64,000 nt of DNA from Phoronis australis (lineage: Eukaryota; Animalia; Phoronida): contig NMRA01000924.1 in assembly GCA_002633005.1 (NCBI GenBank), forward strand, positions 1 to 64,000, given 5' to 3'. Shown here piece by piece: positions 1-12,554 of the stretch. The translations under genes were made by a program, and so were the position numbers. The first letter of the stretch is position 1, and the number at the start of each line of letters is the position of its first letter. A model generated the notes under the pieces. The model had not been told where the DNA came from and ran no database searches. It saw only the letters and a list, made by a program, of their open reading frames with translations.

Positions 1-413
1 CCCCCCCCCAAGTGTGGCAGGAGTGGGGGTTGGTAAAAATATGGAGGCATCCGGTGTAAGGGGTGGGGGTGCTGGCAATAGGAAGGGGGTAGTTTGGCCA
101 AGTTGAATTGGTTTCTACCCCACCCCTTAATAATTTTCGCATGGACCTGATAAGCTAGACATAGATGTGTACTTCAAGCTTCATATAACCTGAAAGTTCT
201 TAACCCCAAGGTTAGATCATTTTCTTTCACTTTGTCCTGCCAAGGTACATGTACCCAGGAGTCCAAAATTTTCTGCGACTCTGGTGTTTGACTCTGCAAC
301 AAGGTGTTCAACCCAGTCGCCACTCGGGTATCGCTCGTCAATTAACGTATTTATATTGTATGTGCCATTGCATTAAGAGTTTCTAAATCGCAATACAGTC
401 CATATCTTCAACT

Positions 414-665
414 CATAAGAGGCGGTGTGGCCTAGCGCGATAGGCCGGTGCCTGCTTTCTTTACTCGAGGTCGTGGGGTCGATTCCCACTAGGTCACACG
501 GCTAAACCCTTGAGTCAAGTTTCAAGCTCCTCAGCTCAGTTTTACGTATATATTAATAAAGCATAAAAATGGTTCCAGTTGATCAGTGCAATGGGCCCAC
601 ATGCGCGGCCTGCGCATGTCTGGTAGAATGTGTGTCAGACCGCCTGCAATTATTTTTTTATATTT
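414..665 (+). mobile_element. tRNA-derived SINE, family A copy 1
   Basis: tRNA-like head (TGGCCTAGCG A-box, GGTCGATTCCC B-box) and AT-rich tail. Flanked by 12-bp direct repeat atatcttcaact (402-413 / 666-677). Homologous to the copies at 12324 and 33404. Confidence 0.8.
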
Positions 666-2827
666 ATATCTTCAACTATTTAAAGATATCAATAGTCTTC
701 ATACTACCTGCCAAGCACGTGCCCTACAATTAATCTCGAATGCACCCTAACGCTACACAGTGAACAAACACTAAACTGTGTTATACCACAATTACACAGT
801 CACCTAGTTCTATTTGCTTCAACACAAATTTCTTGATTAAACACATTTAGTAATTAGCAGAATTGAATGCGGCCAGGTCAACGAAAATAGATTGTTTGTT
901 CTACTCAATGTTTGCTAATTTTTGTCAATTGATGCGATGACCCAGAATATCTTTAGTTGTCGATAGTTTCAAGAATGAAAAGTCGTCTGATGTACACTAT
1001 AAGCTGAAATCGGTTATGATCAGCGAGGAGTAGACGTCAGGCGAAGTTGGGAATAAACCACGTTTCTGTTTCTTAAGCCTAGTTTCTTGTGAGAAAAGCA
1101 AGAACTCTACAGCAAATCACGTGATCACATTTGCTTTGAAATTTTCGTGATAACGAAATTCTACCCAGGACTAATTATGTTATTAATGTCCTTATCAAAC
1201 GTTGTGCTGCACTTTTAACGTCACAAAGACATATAAATATGGTCACGTATTACGAACGGCAGAAAACAGTCGCCAATAACAGTTCAGGACAGAAGAGTGA
1301 CTCGTTTGTACAGTAAGTGTGCGTGCTTTTGCATTTTGAGTACATGCACTTTTTTCAAAACGGGAGGCCATGGAATCCCCGTTTGAGAGCGTTTCAGGTT
1401 TTGGGCGATCTTTGACATTGTACTGTATATTGAGTTATTCAGCTTGCACACATACATGTACGTGTGAGAGCTTACATGTAGACGCAGTCTTGGTGACAGG
1501 GACGTGCTGTTAAGGGCCACATAGTACGCAAAGCAAAAACCTTACGAAATTTTCGTCATCTATTAGAAATTCTAACATACGTGTCTCCGTTTTTGTTATG
1601 GATACTGAACAGCGGGTGGACTGTCGGCCATTAAAACAGCGTGCGTCATCAAAATGTATGGGAGGACTTGCGAGGCGACTAGAATCGACAGCAGTCAATT
1701 TTTCTCTCAACAGCCGTTTGTGTGTAACATTCTAAATATATGGAAATTAAACCCAGGGTCCAATCTTTGCATTCTAACTCGAACTAGAAATCTTTTTGTC
1801 ATTTTCTTTTCTACATGTACTTTAATTTGCGCAAACTCAGAAAGAGTGTCCAGCGTTCTATGCGCGAGCAAATAAAGGCTTGGGTAGATACATGTAGGTG
1901 TCTAATCTTCGTTTAGCGCACTTTGTGATCCCGACGTTGAGGCTAAAAGTTCGAGTCTGAACTCAAAACTTCAAGATATTACTCGGAATCTCGAGTTTTT
2001 AGTCGACTGCAACTCGAATCGTTAGGTCATATATGCTTAAACCATATTTTACTCCACATTTGTCAGGAGTTCGCACAAGCGTACTACTATCAACAAATTT
2101 TCGAGTTCGATATCGTGTACAAAAAATAAACCCTCAGGTCTGTTCACACTGAACTAATCCCGTCCCTTGCTGTTGCTCACGCAGTACATGTACGATTTGA
2201 TTTCTTCAGTTTAATCATGTTACCATCGTAATAAATAATAAGAGCACGGCCTCATCAATCGCTGTTGCATTATATCGAGGTTCCTATGTACCTACTTGTA
2301 TACACTCACAAGTAAGACCGACCTTTGTGCTATGCTCGATTGTCAGCTAGTGAAGTCAGGTTTAGAACTCGTGTCTCAAAAAGAGGAGTCAGGAGCTTAA
2401 ACCATTGAGCCACACTATTGGTATTGCGTGTCAAAGTAAATGTGTTGGTACGACAAGGGTGGAAGTCTTCCCGAGGTTGAACTTACTCACATCCAAACTT
2501 AGGTCTACACGAAGAATTTAGAAAAATATTGTAATAATCATTCAAATTTTTACAAAACTAAGGACTAATGCGTGTGATGGGCCACTCCAGTAATCTAGTG
2601 GTAACTACATGTATTAGGCCAAGGCAGAGATAAGTGTTCTTTTACGCATTGAAGGACTTTAGTTAAGTTTTGAGTTTTGAAGACACGTGAGAAAGATTAG
2701 AATAGTACTGTAGTTTGAACCCGTGTTGCTTATATATACATGTACACTGTACGCTATATTCGTACTTTTAGAGTGACGTGAAATATTTATATTTCAGCGT
2801 GAACTGAAGCCTTAACCCAACTCGAAA

Positions 2828-4175
2828 ATGAAGAGAGAGTGTTTCTTTCTGATTTTGACACTTGTCTTGTTTGCGGTTTCTGTTCAAGCCCTTCCTCTTA
2901 ATGAAGACAAAGAAGGTACAGTGCTTATGTAATTGCATCACGTGACACGACTCTACCGCTGCCTCTGCAACAGCTGAGAACAGAGCATGGCATCCATGAC
3001 GTGTTTTAGCAATCATTGTATAAATGGTTTATTGTGCCTTTGCAAACATCGAACCACGATGGACCATCAACATTTATAGTGGCATGGCAGTAGCTAGTTA
3101 TTAAAACGAGGGAATGCTAAAGCTGAAATCCGACCCGTCGGTCGCTTTGCACCGCGGCTCCGCTCACCTCGGCCGCGATCAAATTTTCTGCAGGCATGGT
3201 TATTGTACATGTATTTGACTTGATATTCCCTCCACTCGTTGGGGGGCGGGGGGAGGAGGAAGTGTCGGGGTGCGTACTCCTAAAGCTACGGGCACGTGTT
3301 TTCAGGCAACCCGTTCATACCTGTACAGTGTAGGTGTTGGTCAATCCATTGGCCATACACGGCAGGAATATTGCGGGTTCTGCATCTGATTTTCTGTAAA
3401 AAAAAACAAGAATAATGACACCGGTCTGCTAGCATTGAGTCGCAGAGGGTCTTATGTCTTTGCAACTAATGAACGCTGTTGTCATTGTTGTTACTATTGT
3501 TGTCGTCGTAGGTGATTTTGGTGCTGCCTCGGCACTAAGCAGGTCTAAGCAGCAATATCCGGATCAACGTTACCGAAGTTTGTAAAACAAACAATTTGAC
3601 TATTTGATGGTTAAAAGGAAAGCGAACCAGGTTTTGACCTATTAGCAGATACTAAAAACGACTTTCCCATCCAGTTCTCTGAAACAAAATAATGCCCTGT
3701 AACCCGCAACAACCCTTAGAAGTTTGGAGGGAACTTTGAAAACTAATTTCCAGGTTTGCTAAATGGGCAAGCGTGACCTATACGTTTAGCAAGTTACACG
3801 GCAACTGTGGGAAACTCCCGTCCACCAAAGACCATACTGTCCAATATGTGACGCAAGGAGTACGCGTTTTTAATTGATTCCAGCGTTTAGCTTGGAACTT
3901 TGACGCCAATGATTCATTATCAGGTATAGAACGAGGACTGGAAGAAATCGTCAAAACAGGGTTTAATATCCTTTTAAGAGACAGGAATTGCAGTACACAT
4001 GTACACCTCCAAAGCCTTCAAGGGATAGAAATACACGCGCTTTTCATGTTTTCCAGGTTCGGTTCAAAGAAGTAAGCGTCGAACTTGTTTCCCGTGGTCG
4101 TGTGCAGCTGATTGCATGGTGCGAGGGCGCAGGGGAGGTTATTGTAGCGGGCCTCACTCGTGTGAATGCTATTGA
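2828..4175 (+). CDS. Defensin precursor (CSab / invertebrate-defensin type), 68 aa, 2 coding exons: 2828-2915, 4057-4175
   Basis: Exon A follows acceptor tttcag (2797) and encodes signal peptide MKRECFFLILTLVLFAVSVQA plus acidic pro-piece LPLNEDKE, ending at phase-1 donor g|gtacag. Exon B follows polypyrimidine acceptor ttttccag (4056) and reads GSVQRSKR|RTCFPWSCAADCMVRGRRGGYCSGPHSCECY*. It has a dibasic cleavage site, six Cys spaced C-x4-C-x3-C-x9-C-x5-C-x-C and the GGYC motif. AATAAA lies at 4235-4240. Confidence 0.9.
3615..3973 (+). mobile_element. Kolobok-like non-autonomous DNA transposon in defensin intron
   Basis: TTAA on both sides (3611-3614, 3974-3977) with imperfect TIRs aagga..aacc..gttttgac. 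The internal sequence recurs at about 27095, 28305 and 43820. Confidence 0.7.
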
Positions 4176-4234
4176 AGGAGACTTATAGCAAGCAGAAAAT
4201 GCCAATATGTGTGCAAAGTGATGAGTCAATGTTC

Positions 4235-4240
4235 AATAAA
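4235..4240 (+). terminator. Polyadenylation signal of defensin gene
   Basis: AATAAA 60 nt after the TGA stop at 4175. Confidence 0.65.
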
Positions 4241-4419
4241 CTTCACTTAACACTTTAAGTACATATAAGATAGCACTGCTGGTAATGTATAGTATGTATT
4301 GGGTGTGTGTAACTCGAAGTTACAGACCAAGAAAATAAAACCAAACGAGTCTTTGGGATTTTTCTCACAATAGCTGTTTGGTGCACGAACGGCGTCCGTA
4401 CACCTTATAGCCGACGAAG

Positions 4420-4491
4420 CATGGGCGGCGCAGCACTGGAAAAAGTCGGGCTATATCCCCCNCCCCCACCCTCTATGGTGCGCCGCCCGTG
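4420..4491. mobile_element. MITE ends (catgggcggcgca TIR) around assembly gap N at 4462
   Basis: catgggcggcgca ... tgcgccgcccgtg with an N in the middle; same family as 6378-6420. Confidence 0.6.
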
Positions 4492-5289
4492 GTATACATG
4501 TACATATACATGTACATGTAGTGTTTTATCTTCCATAATTGGATTGAGAAATGGCGTCGGGGATTACGGCAGTTGCACCCTTAAAGACATAATAAATCGA
4601 TCTGCATTAATTTACAGATAACGAGGAGTTAAATAAATCAGTAAGACAATTCACAATTATTTTCCGTCTCACGTCCGTGTTTCTTTTCATTTACTATTTC
4701 CTAGGTGCCCAAATTCAGTTACGACATATATTTACAACACTCTACCCACGACGCAGAAAACACGACTGATCTTGAGTTCTTAACGAAGCAGCCTGGGCGT
4801 TTTTGTCACTCAAAAGCAAACGGGGAGCGTCTGCAAGCAATAATTCCATTTCACCGGCTCCAGACATTGACTGGGAAGAAAAAATGGTACATGTATTCTA
4901 CGTGATTATCCAATGTCACCATCATGCACAACTAAGCTACATCAGGACTTCACAGGTTTTTTGTAACCAAATGTACAAGCAGGAGGCTAAATGACGGTTT
5001 AAGGCTTTGTGGTAGTCAAGTATAAGTTTACTGAACCAGGCTACACTTCAAAGCTGGTTCTAAACAATTTTGAGACATGAGCCAGAAACTTTAGGGACAG
5101 GACCACACGCAGAAGAGAGTTTAATATGGTGAAAGTGAGTTTCAAGAAGGTCCCAAAGAATACGCCTTTATATTTTGAAAAGAGACCTTTGTCCCCAAAG
5201 ATTCAATGAGCATTAGGCGATCGGAAAAAGTTTGTGGCTACACTTGAAGATTCATCGTTGGTGCCTCATTGGTGCTCTTAAGCCGGCAG

Positions 5290-5430
5290 ACTCTATGTTG
5301 AGGGACCATCAGGCGCCAGACTCTGAGTTGAGTAACGATCAAGCGCTAGAATCTACATGTATATGTGTCTAGCGACCATCAAGCTATTATTCTCTAGGTA
5401 TGTTGAGCGACCATCAAGCTGCTAAACTCT
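5290..5430 (+). repeat. Degenerate ~32-bp tandem repeat, about 4 copies
   Basis: Recurring actct..tgttgag(c/g)gaccatcaagc unit. Confidence 0.55.
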
Positions 5431-5461
5431 TAGCCCGTCAGCTGGCTGTATGAACGCTATC

Positions 5462-5692
5462 CAGGCCCGCACCCAGCCTAAAAATGGGGGGGGGTTCATA
5501 TTTTTGAGAATTTGGACCTTTTGCTAAGATTCACGGGGTACGTTCAGAGCAATGAATTTTGCATTCGCCGAGTTTTGGTAGTTTCTGCCTGTTTAGTGGA
5601 TATTTGTTCCGTTTTCCACTTTTTTTGAAGTTTTTGTTTCTGTGAAGCGGACCTTTTTGCCCACTTCGCCAAACTGGGTGCTTGTTCGAGCT
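5462..5692 (+). mobile_element. MITE fragment related to 51813-52066
   Basis: Shares cgcacccagcct..tggggggggg..ggaccttttg..gcggac.tttttgcccacttc.ccaaa..gttcgagc; right TIR missing. Confidence 0.55.
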
Positions 5693-6377
5693 TCGGAGGT
5701 TTATGCGATACCAGTCTTTGCAGGATGATACACGGACAATTTATTTGGATTTGGGGCAGTTGAAGTTGGGAGCCTCGGTGTCCAACCTTTAGGATTCTTA
5801 AATTACGTTATGAGTCATCGGGAAATTCGAGCGCCTCTGCACCAACTCTGCCATCAATCCCTAGCCTGTTTCCCAAACATTGAGCTGCCTCGGGAACAAA
5901 ATGTTCAATGTAAATCGATAACCAAGATTTCAGAAATACAATTTCGAAAACGCGGCAAGTACATCACAACTGTTTTGCTATCACATCAAATATATTGATA
6001 TTCCAGAATTTCCACCAAATTCTTTGTATTACGTAAGACCCGGGTGGCGAACCAAGCAAGTCGTGAACCTTTTTAGTGGTGCGAGGTGATACTGGATTCA
6101 CCTCCAATTTCCTCGCCGTGTATAGCGTACATGAAGGGTGTATTCTGAAACACCTGGGAAGCAAATGAATCTGGCAATGGGTAATATTTAGTGCAATGTC
6201 ATCGGTGATGGAGTGTGATTTGGCACTCATTGGATGAGACAATGTCAGTGCTTTTTGAGCAAGCAGTAGCACGCAGTGATTGCATATCATGTCATCGCCA
6301 GTCCTTTTAAAGCGTCGCTGGGGGAGTTGCAGCATATGAAGTTAGTAGGCATCAAAAAGACTCGGGCGTATCCTTCG

Positions 6378-6420
6378 CATGGGCGGCGCACCATAGAGGG
6401 CNAGTGCTCCAGCGCCCATG
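6378..6420. mobile_element. MITE ends (catgggcggcgca TIR) around assembly gap N at 6402
   Basis: catgggcggcgcaccatagaggg is the reverse complement of 4469-4491 (one mismatch); ends gcgcccatg. Confidence 0.6.
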
Positions 6421-7240
6421 TACCGGTATACGCATGCGTTTTCAACCCTACCCAATCGGAACGTCCGAATACCGTTTCCCAACCAATCAAAATTATCGTT
6501 ACTGTGAATCAGTATGGGACGGCATTGAATGCGATCCTTTGATGGTGCAACGTACCCCTCGTAAAACTAGATACATGTACACTGCGTATAGTGTTACGAA
6601 TAACCAAGTCTACAGGTGGCGTAACAACTACCATACATGCGTCAACTCGCACGATGACCAAAGCAGTTGTTTACTGAATTATGTCTCGGTTACACACAAT
6701 TATCCACACAATGATCTTGTCACAACCAAAATTATTGCAAATTTGCAGCCAACTCAGTTATACAAGATTGACAGACGCTTTATGTTAAGTCGAAAATGTT
6801 TTTCTAAACGCCTATCTAGGCTACGCGTACATGTAGCGGCCTGTTTACAACGCGTACCAGTTTTAAGGAGTTGCAGTTGTGTTGCAGTTGTGTTGCAGTT
6901 GTGTTGCGTTTGCTCTGCAGTTGCATTGCAGTCAAATCGTTACATGTACACGTAAGTGTGGACAGGCCGAATTAATCAGCGCTCGTCACTCGAAGGCTGA
7001 GCGACGAGTTGAGCGAGACTCAGCTTGGCTTTCGACGGTTCGGTTCTAAACAAATCGCTACAAGTGAGGACCAGAAAGGTGAACCTTTTACTGCGAAGAC
7101 CAGGGTTAAGTTCAGTAGAGCTGTCTAGCGGCAAGAAAAATATAGCCTGAATCATGTGTTCTCGTTTAAAATGGACGGCAATAGCTCTCGTAGTCTCGAT
7201 GTCTTGGTTTCTAGGTAGGCCTAGGTCCTATAGCGTTAGA

Positions 7241-7753
7241 ACTCCAGCCAGACCAGACGATGAGTGCACAAGTTATTGTACCGCCACTCCATACACTGTA
7301 AGTAATACCGCCGTCACACATGAGTCGTGGGGCCACAAGAGTTTTTGGTCAAAACCGCCATCACCGCAACACCAGTAGTGTTTCATAGTTGGCCCCTACC
7401 CGTTACACATGTTTTTCTTCGCGCCACGGAATCGCCGTAGGGTCGTCAGTCTAACGTTTTCTGCGATAGGCACGGCGGTGGTACTGCGGAAGCACGGCGG
7501 TGATGGAGGTGCTACTGCGGTCCCTTGTACGGTGCCACGGCTTTCATGACGGTGTGGTGGCGATCCCACTGCGGAATGACCCAAAATTTCTGCCGTGCCA
7601 CCGCAGTTTTGACAGTTTTCCGCGGTGCTACGGCGATGAATGGCGGTACGACTGCCCCTTATACCGTACAAGCACCCCAGTGGCACAGCGCCATAACGCT
7701 TAATCATCGTGAGAGACCGTCTGGAGTTGGGTGCAACTCGGGACGGTCTGGGG
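7241..7753. mobile_element. GC-rich non-autonomous DNA transposon (PIF/Harbinger-like MITE)
   Basis: Imperfect terminal inverted repeats (ccagacc..gagt.gcac / gtgcaactc..ggtctgg) enclose a low-complexity interior rich in cacggcggtg/accgcc. Confidence 0.4.
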
Positions 7754-9631
7754 TCTACAGAAAACCACAGTTCAACTGTGAGTCTACACCAATGTGATAA
7801 ACGAGAGTAGTTCTACTTGCTGCGTCAGCTGCTGGTATGCTTACATGTATCTCTTTTATGACACACAATGTGCGACTGGGCAAAGCGTTTTCAAAATAAT
7901 GTGGATAAATCAGTGGAGTGTGAAACTCCTGAGGTCCCTGTCAAGTACTCACGGCAATTTTACGTTATGCCTCCGGTGTGACGGGGATATAAGCTAGGAA
8001 AATAATATGGTAGTCGGTCCTTAGCGAAACCTGTTAGAGTTTTTGAATAAAGTTCCCATTCTTAGGATGCGTATAAGGCGTTATCGGGTCAGTTGTCTAT
8101 TTGGAAAAAAACACACTTTTTGAGCTCTAATTTTGGCTTTAAAGGGGAAGGAGTAACAGTTGCTTGAATTTGCATTTCGACGGATTATTATATTCTCTTT
8201 AATCAGGTCTAAGTTACACTGAAACAAAAGTTATAAGAATGTATTTCCCACTGTCTAAAACGAGACCAAAATGAGACCAAAGGCTACCAGATTGTCAAAC
8301 AATACTACATGAGATTTTTCCCAGGGTCTTACACTAATTAACTTTCGTCAATCTCTGGCAGAAGGAACTGAAACGAACGTTTTTAACGTTCAGCGAATGC
8401 TAAACTCACAATCACATAGCTAATAATATCTAGACCATAAGTGCTCCATTTCCGGTAAAGGTTTTTTAGGGCTGAATTTACAAGTCTATACATCTAGCCC
8501 GCAATATTTATAAAGCTATACAATTTAATTAAGCACAATTTTCTGAAAGTAGAAATTCATTAGAATTTTATTGCTGACTTTATACCCATCTTGCGTTGAC
8601 AAACGTTCGGGTCTATGGTGTTTTAGTGAAGTGTAGCGCAAAGGGAAGGTACACTGATTACAAAACAGAAGGACCACTTACCCGTATCCAAATTCCATAT
8701 CATGTAAATTTTCATAATAAAATCTCAAGAACGAGGTTGCAGTTCTTTAATCATCCATTTCTTTTCATTTTAAGCAACTTATTTTTTTAATGGAAATTAT
8801 AAAGCCCCAGTTTTGATAACCCTTCATCCAAAATTGTAATATTTTAATACACTGAATTCTAAACAGCGTTTATAGAAAAGCCATAAAGCAGGCACTTCTA
8901 TGAGAGTTTCGATGAATTCAATCAGCCATTTTTGAGATATGACGTTTCCAAGTGAACCACAACTGCACATTTGTCTAGGGTCCAATATAACCTAAAGTCC
9001 CACAGCAACATCGGCATTGATATCGGCCCATGAATGCCGGCAGACCGGGGAACGGCGAGAATTGGACATCGAATGACGGCCCAACGCATCGCCAAAGGTT
9101 CCAACGCGTAAAACAGAAACACGAGACCCAACTTCCTCGCTATCCTTTTGCGTTTGCATGTAATCCATTTTATTCACAAAATACATTGCTAATTTCCCAT
9201 AAACAAAAAAGCGCCCTTACCGGCCTAAACGCCAGTCTCTGTCCGTTGGTTGAAATGCTGTCGACCCGCGAGAGAGGTCGCTGCTGTCAGTTAACCTGGT
9301 TTGTTTATGTAGTCAACGACAACAATCGAATACTTCGCTTTAACCTATTCGCGGCTGGTTAAACTGACCTTTGCTTTCACGTCTTTCATTAATCATATAC
9401 ACTGTAAGTAGGTGGTGAGACGGCAAAACTGAGAGGATATCAGGGCGACTAAGGATTTGTGCTATACACAGTTGTACCCCAAGTCACGTGTGAGTTGTTA
9501 ATGTTTCAACATTAAAATGGGTCACGATCAACTCGTGCCCACATTGTAGTGTTCAGCGTTCATTCGCTTTGTCGAACAGTTTAACATAAGCACAAAGATA
9601 CTATAAAAATCTTTGATAAGCATTTCATAGT

Positions 9632-9778
9632 CAGAGCTGTAGTGGGGTGGGGGTAGGCGCAGCCAACCCCTTTTGACGTTTGAACGTGGCGCCTACGCAC
9701 CGCCGCGTGATCCGTGCTCAAGATGATACGGTGGGCTTTGGGCGCCTACTTACCTCTAATTTTACCACTACATCACTG
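9632..9778. mobile_element. Short MITE
   Basis: TIR cagagctgtagtgg / ccactacatcactg; no clear TSD. Confidence 0.45.
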
Positions 9779-10352
9779 AACTGTGTTCATTGTAGTGCAA
9801 AACTCAGACCAATACTGAGCTCAGATGAGCAATTCCCTACCTCCTATACCGGTCGCACAAACTTCGGGCTCCCGAAGTCAAGTTCCTAATGAGATATCCT
9901 GGCCATGCATGACATTAAAGTTGCCGACGTAGGCTACTCACGCCGGTTTGTGGCGAGCGCAGGCCTTACCACCGTCGATACCAAAATCTTCTTTCACAAT
10001 CTTTTCCCTGGTACGAACGTTGTCCGTGGCTTTGTGCAGCACTAGGCGGCAGTTCTACTCCACGGGTTCTGCTCAGTGCCGTCGGTGTCAGCGAGGTGAG
10101 GCCTAGTCCATCCTGAGTGGTGCGGATGACAGCTGATCAGTCAAAATTATGATCCAATAAATACTTGGGTCCTATGTCAAAACAAATATAGCCGTCAGAG
10201 TACGCCAGTTGTAACCTGAGTGTTTCCGTCAAAATGGACTTCCAGTACGTGGTTTTAAGTGAGAAGAGTTTGATCGTGTAGCCGACCGAGCATTCATATA
10301 TCGAGAAACCGTGTAGGCCCTCATCTTCTGTGCGAGAATCCTCACGCTAAGC

Positions 10353-10676
10353 AAGGGGCTGATCCACGATTTTGAGTTAGGGGGGCATGGCACAGGAATA
10401 ACCAGAATTTCGACAGATGCGCGCGCAAAGCCTAAAATGTAGGGATGCAGGTGTCTCGAATTTTGGGGTTTGCGGATCTGTAGTGTCTAAAAAAAAACGG
10501 TGAACGGGCTTTGTTCAGGGTCTATGCATTGTTTAATTCAACCCGAGCCCCCCCCTCCCGGTTGCGCGCATGTGTTAGTCAGCAATTCTCACCTGAACTG
10601 CCACATGGTATCTGCATGGTAGAATTTTAGGGGGAGCATTTCCCTCTTGCCCCCCCCCCCCTTAAATCTGCCACTG
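10353..10676. mobile_element. MITE with CAG-type TIR and 5-bp TSD
   Basis: aaggggctgat ... atctgccactg with poly-G/poly-C subterminal runs; TSD taagc at 10348-10352 / 10677-10681. Confidence 0.6.
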
Positions 10677-10994
10677 TAAGCTGCCCACTGTGTACATGCT
10701 ATAGTTTCATTTTTTCAAAAGTTTACATATTAAGCACACGTGGATGGGGAACTCGTGAATCGATATCACTATAAACACCACAAGTTGTTGAACCCAGTTA
10801 ATTTTTCATTGTAAGACTACATTTCCATCAGCACAATATCCTGCATCGCTACAGCTCCCCCCTCCCCTTCCCGTCTACACCCCTACAAAATTACCCTGGA
10901 GCTCCTAAAATACCCCAGCACCACGTCAAAATACTCTCGGCAGCCCTCCAAACGCAACCTCGTTGAAGGGCGTGCAGTGAAAATCGTTCAAGAC

Positions 10995-11587
10995 AGTACA
11001 TATTATTCTATGAGTGCTTACACGAGCATTGTCAAGTTGGGTTCTTAGCAGGATGTGTCAGTAGGCTTTGGAAACTGAAGAAATTTGGAATGTTCAATAA
11101 AAAGTTTTGATAGATTAACAGGTACTGAGGCGAGAGGGTGACAACTTGATGTGAACATTCCCGTACGCCATCGACTTGTTTTTACTATTTGTTACTGCAG
11201 TAACGCCATGTTTTTCACGTCGTCCAAAGCCGTGTTTGTCGGTTTAGCAGGCTTTGGCAGTAGGCTTTCGAAGTTGATGGAAACTGAAGAAATTTCGGAA
11301 TGTTCAATAAAAAGTACATATTATTCTATGAGTGCTTACACGAGCATTGTCAAGTTTGGTTCTTAGCAGTATTTGGCAGTAGGCTTTCCAAGTTGAAACA
11401 GTGATTGATGGAAACTGAAGAAATTTGGAATGTTCAATAAAATTTTTTGATAGATTCACAGGGACTGAGGAGAGAGTGTGAAAACTTGATGTAATATTCC
11501 CATCTGCCCTCGACGTGTTTTTACTATTTGTTGCTGCAGTAACGCCATGTTTTTCACATCGCCCAAAGCCGTGCTTGTCGACTTAGT
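10995..11587 (+). repeat. Tandem duplication, ~318-bp period, with a thrice-repeated subunit
   Basis: agtacatattattctatgagtgcttacacgagcattgtcaagtt at 10995 and 11313; gaaactgaagaaattt(c)ggaatgttcaataaaa occurs three times. Confidence 0.85.
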
Positions 11588-12323
11588 TAAGCTTAACTTT
11601 TGTTCATGACGACAGTAGTAAATATTTGTCTACAAACAAGGGCAGTGGAAGATCTCGCCCACAGGTTGTGAACAAACAAAAGATTATCTGACATTTCTTG
11701 TTTGATGTCCAAACTATAAAGCAAAATGGAGACAGCAAAGTATTTATGAGAAATATTAAATATAGTACATGAAAGTGTAATAAGGGACCGGAAGTAAAAA
11801 ATTGATTTGCATAATGGCCTCTGGTGTAGCTGTCTTTTTCATAATGTATGTTCTTTACCCCTGGCTTTACGTGTTTGCCATATAACATTGATAGCGGTCG
11901 CTGGCTTTACTGCGATGTTTATGCAACCCATTTCCTGTGGAAGGAGGTCGCCACACAAATATTCCTCTTGAAAATATGTTGTGTAAGTTATGTAACTGGG
12001 GTTGTTTGGAAGACGAGTACCACCTTCTGCTACTGTGCAGTGCCAAAAAAGGACATCGGGTCCAGTTTTGAATGATTGCTTTTATCATCCTCCCACGTTA
12101 ATTAAATTTTAATTTGTCACGAGACCACCTAACCCTCTTCTTGCGCATGGTCCACCATGCTGTCAAGCGTCGCACTTTCTGTAGCACGTACGTGACAATT
12201 AACTATGTTGCATTTGCCTTACTTTGGATCAATGGAAATAGATAGTCTGTTTATTTCATAATTTCAACACATTTCAATTAACGTTTGCAATCGAGGGGTC
12301 TCGTTTCCGAGCTATAGTTGCAA

Positions 12324-12554
12324 TAATAATTAAATAATTGCAGGCGGTCTGATACACGTTGTACCAGACGTGCGCAGGCCTCGCATGTGGCCCATTGCAC
12401 TGATCACCTGGAGTCATTTAATATATGGTTAAGACGGAGCTGAGAAGCTAGAAACCTGACGCAAGGGTTGAGCAGCGTGACCTAGTGGGACTCAAACCCA
12501 CAACCTCGACTAAAGAAAGCGGGCACTTATCAGCTAGGCCACATTGCCTCCTCT
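12324..12554 (-). mobile_element. tRNA-derived SINE, family A copy 2
   Basis: Reverse complement of 414-665 over its full length; 11-bp TSD tatagtt(g/t)caa at 12313-12323 / 12555-12565. Confidence 0.8.

Noticed and set aside
3512-3585. Possible extra or alternative defensin exon after gtcgtag (GDFGAASALSRSKQQYPDQRYRSL*)
   Set aside because: No convincing phase-1 donor and no recognisable motif; cannot be supported without transcripts
4705-4994. Good acceptor (tttcctag) followed by short ORFs
   Set aside because: No recognisable protein motif or partner exons, and it lies in the block of uncertain orientation
6404-7797. Cluster of 67-183 aa ORFs
   Set aside because: Overlap MITE and low-complexity sequence (gttgca, cacggcggtg repeats); no domain or splice support
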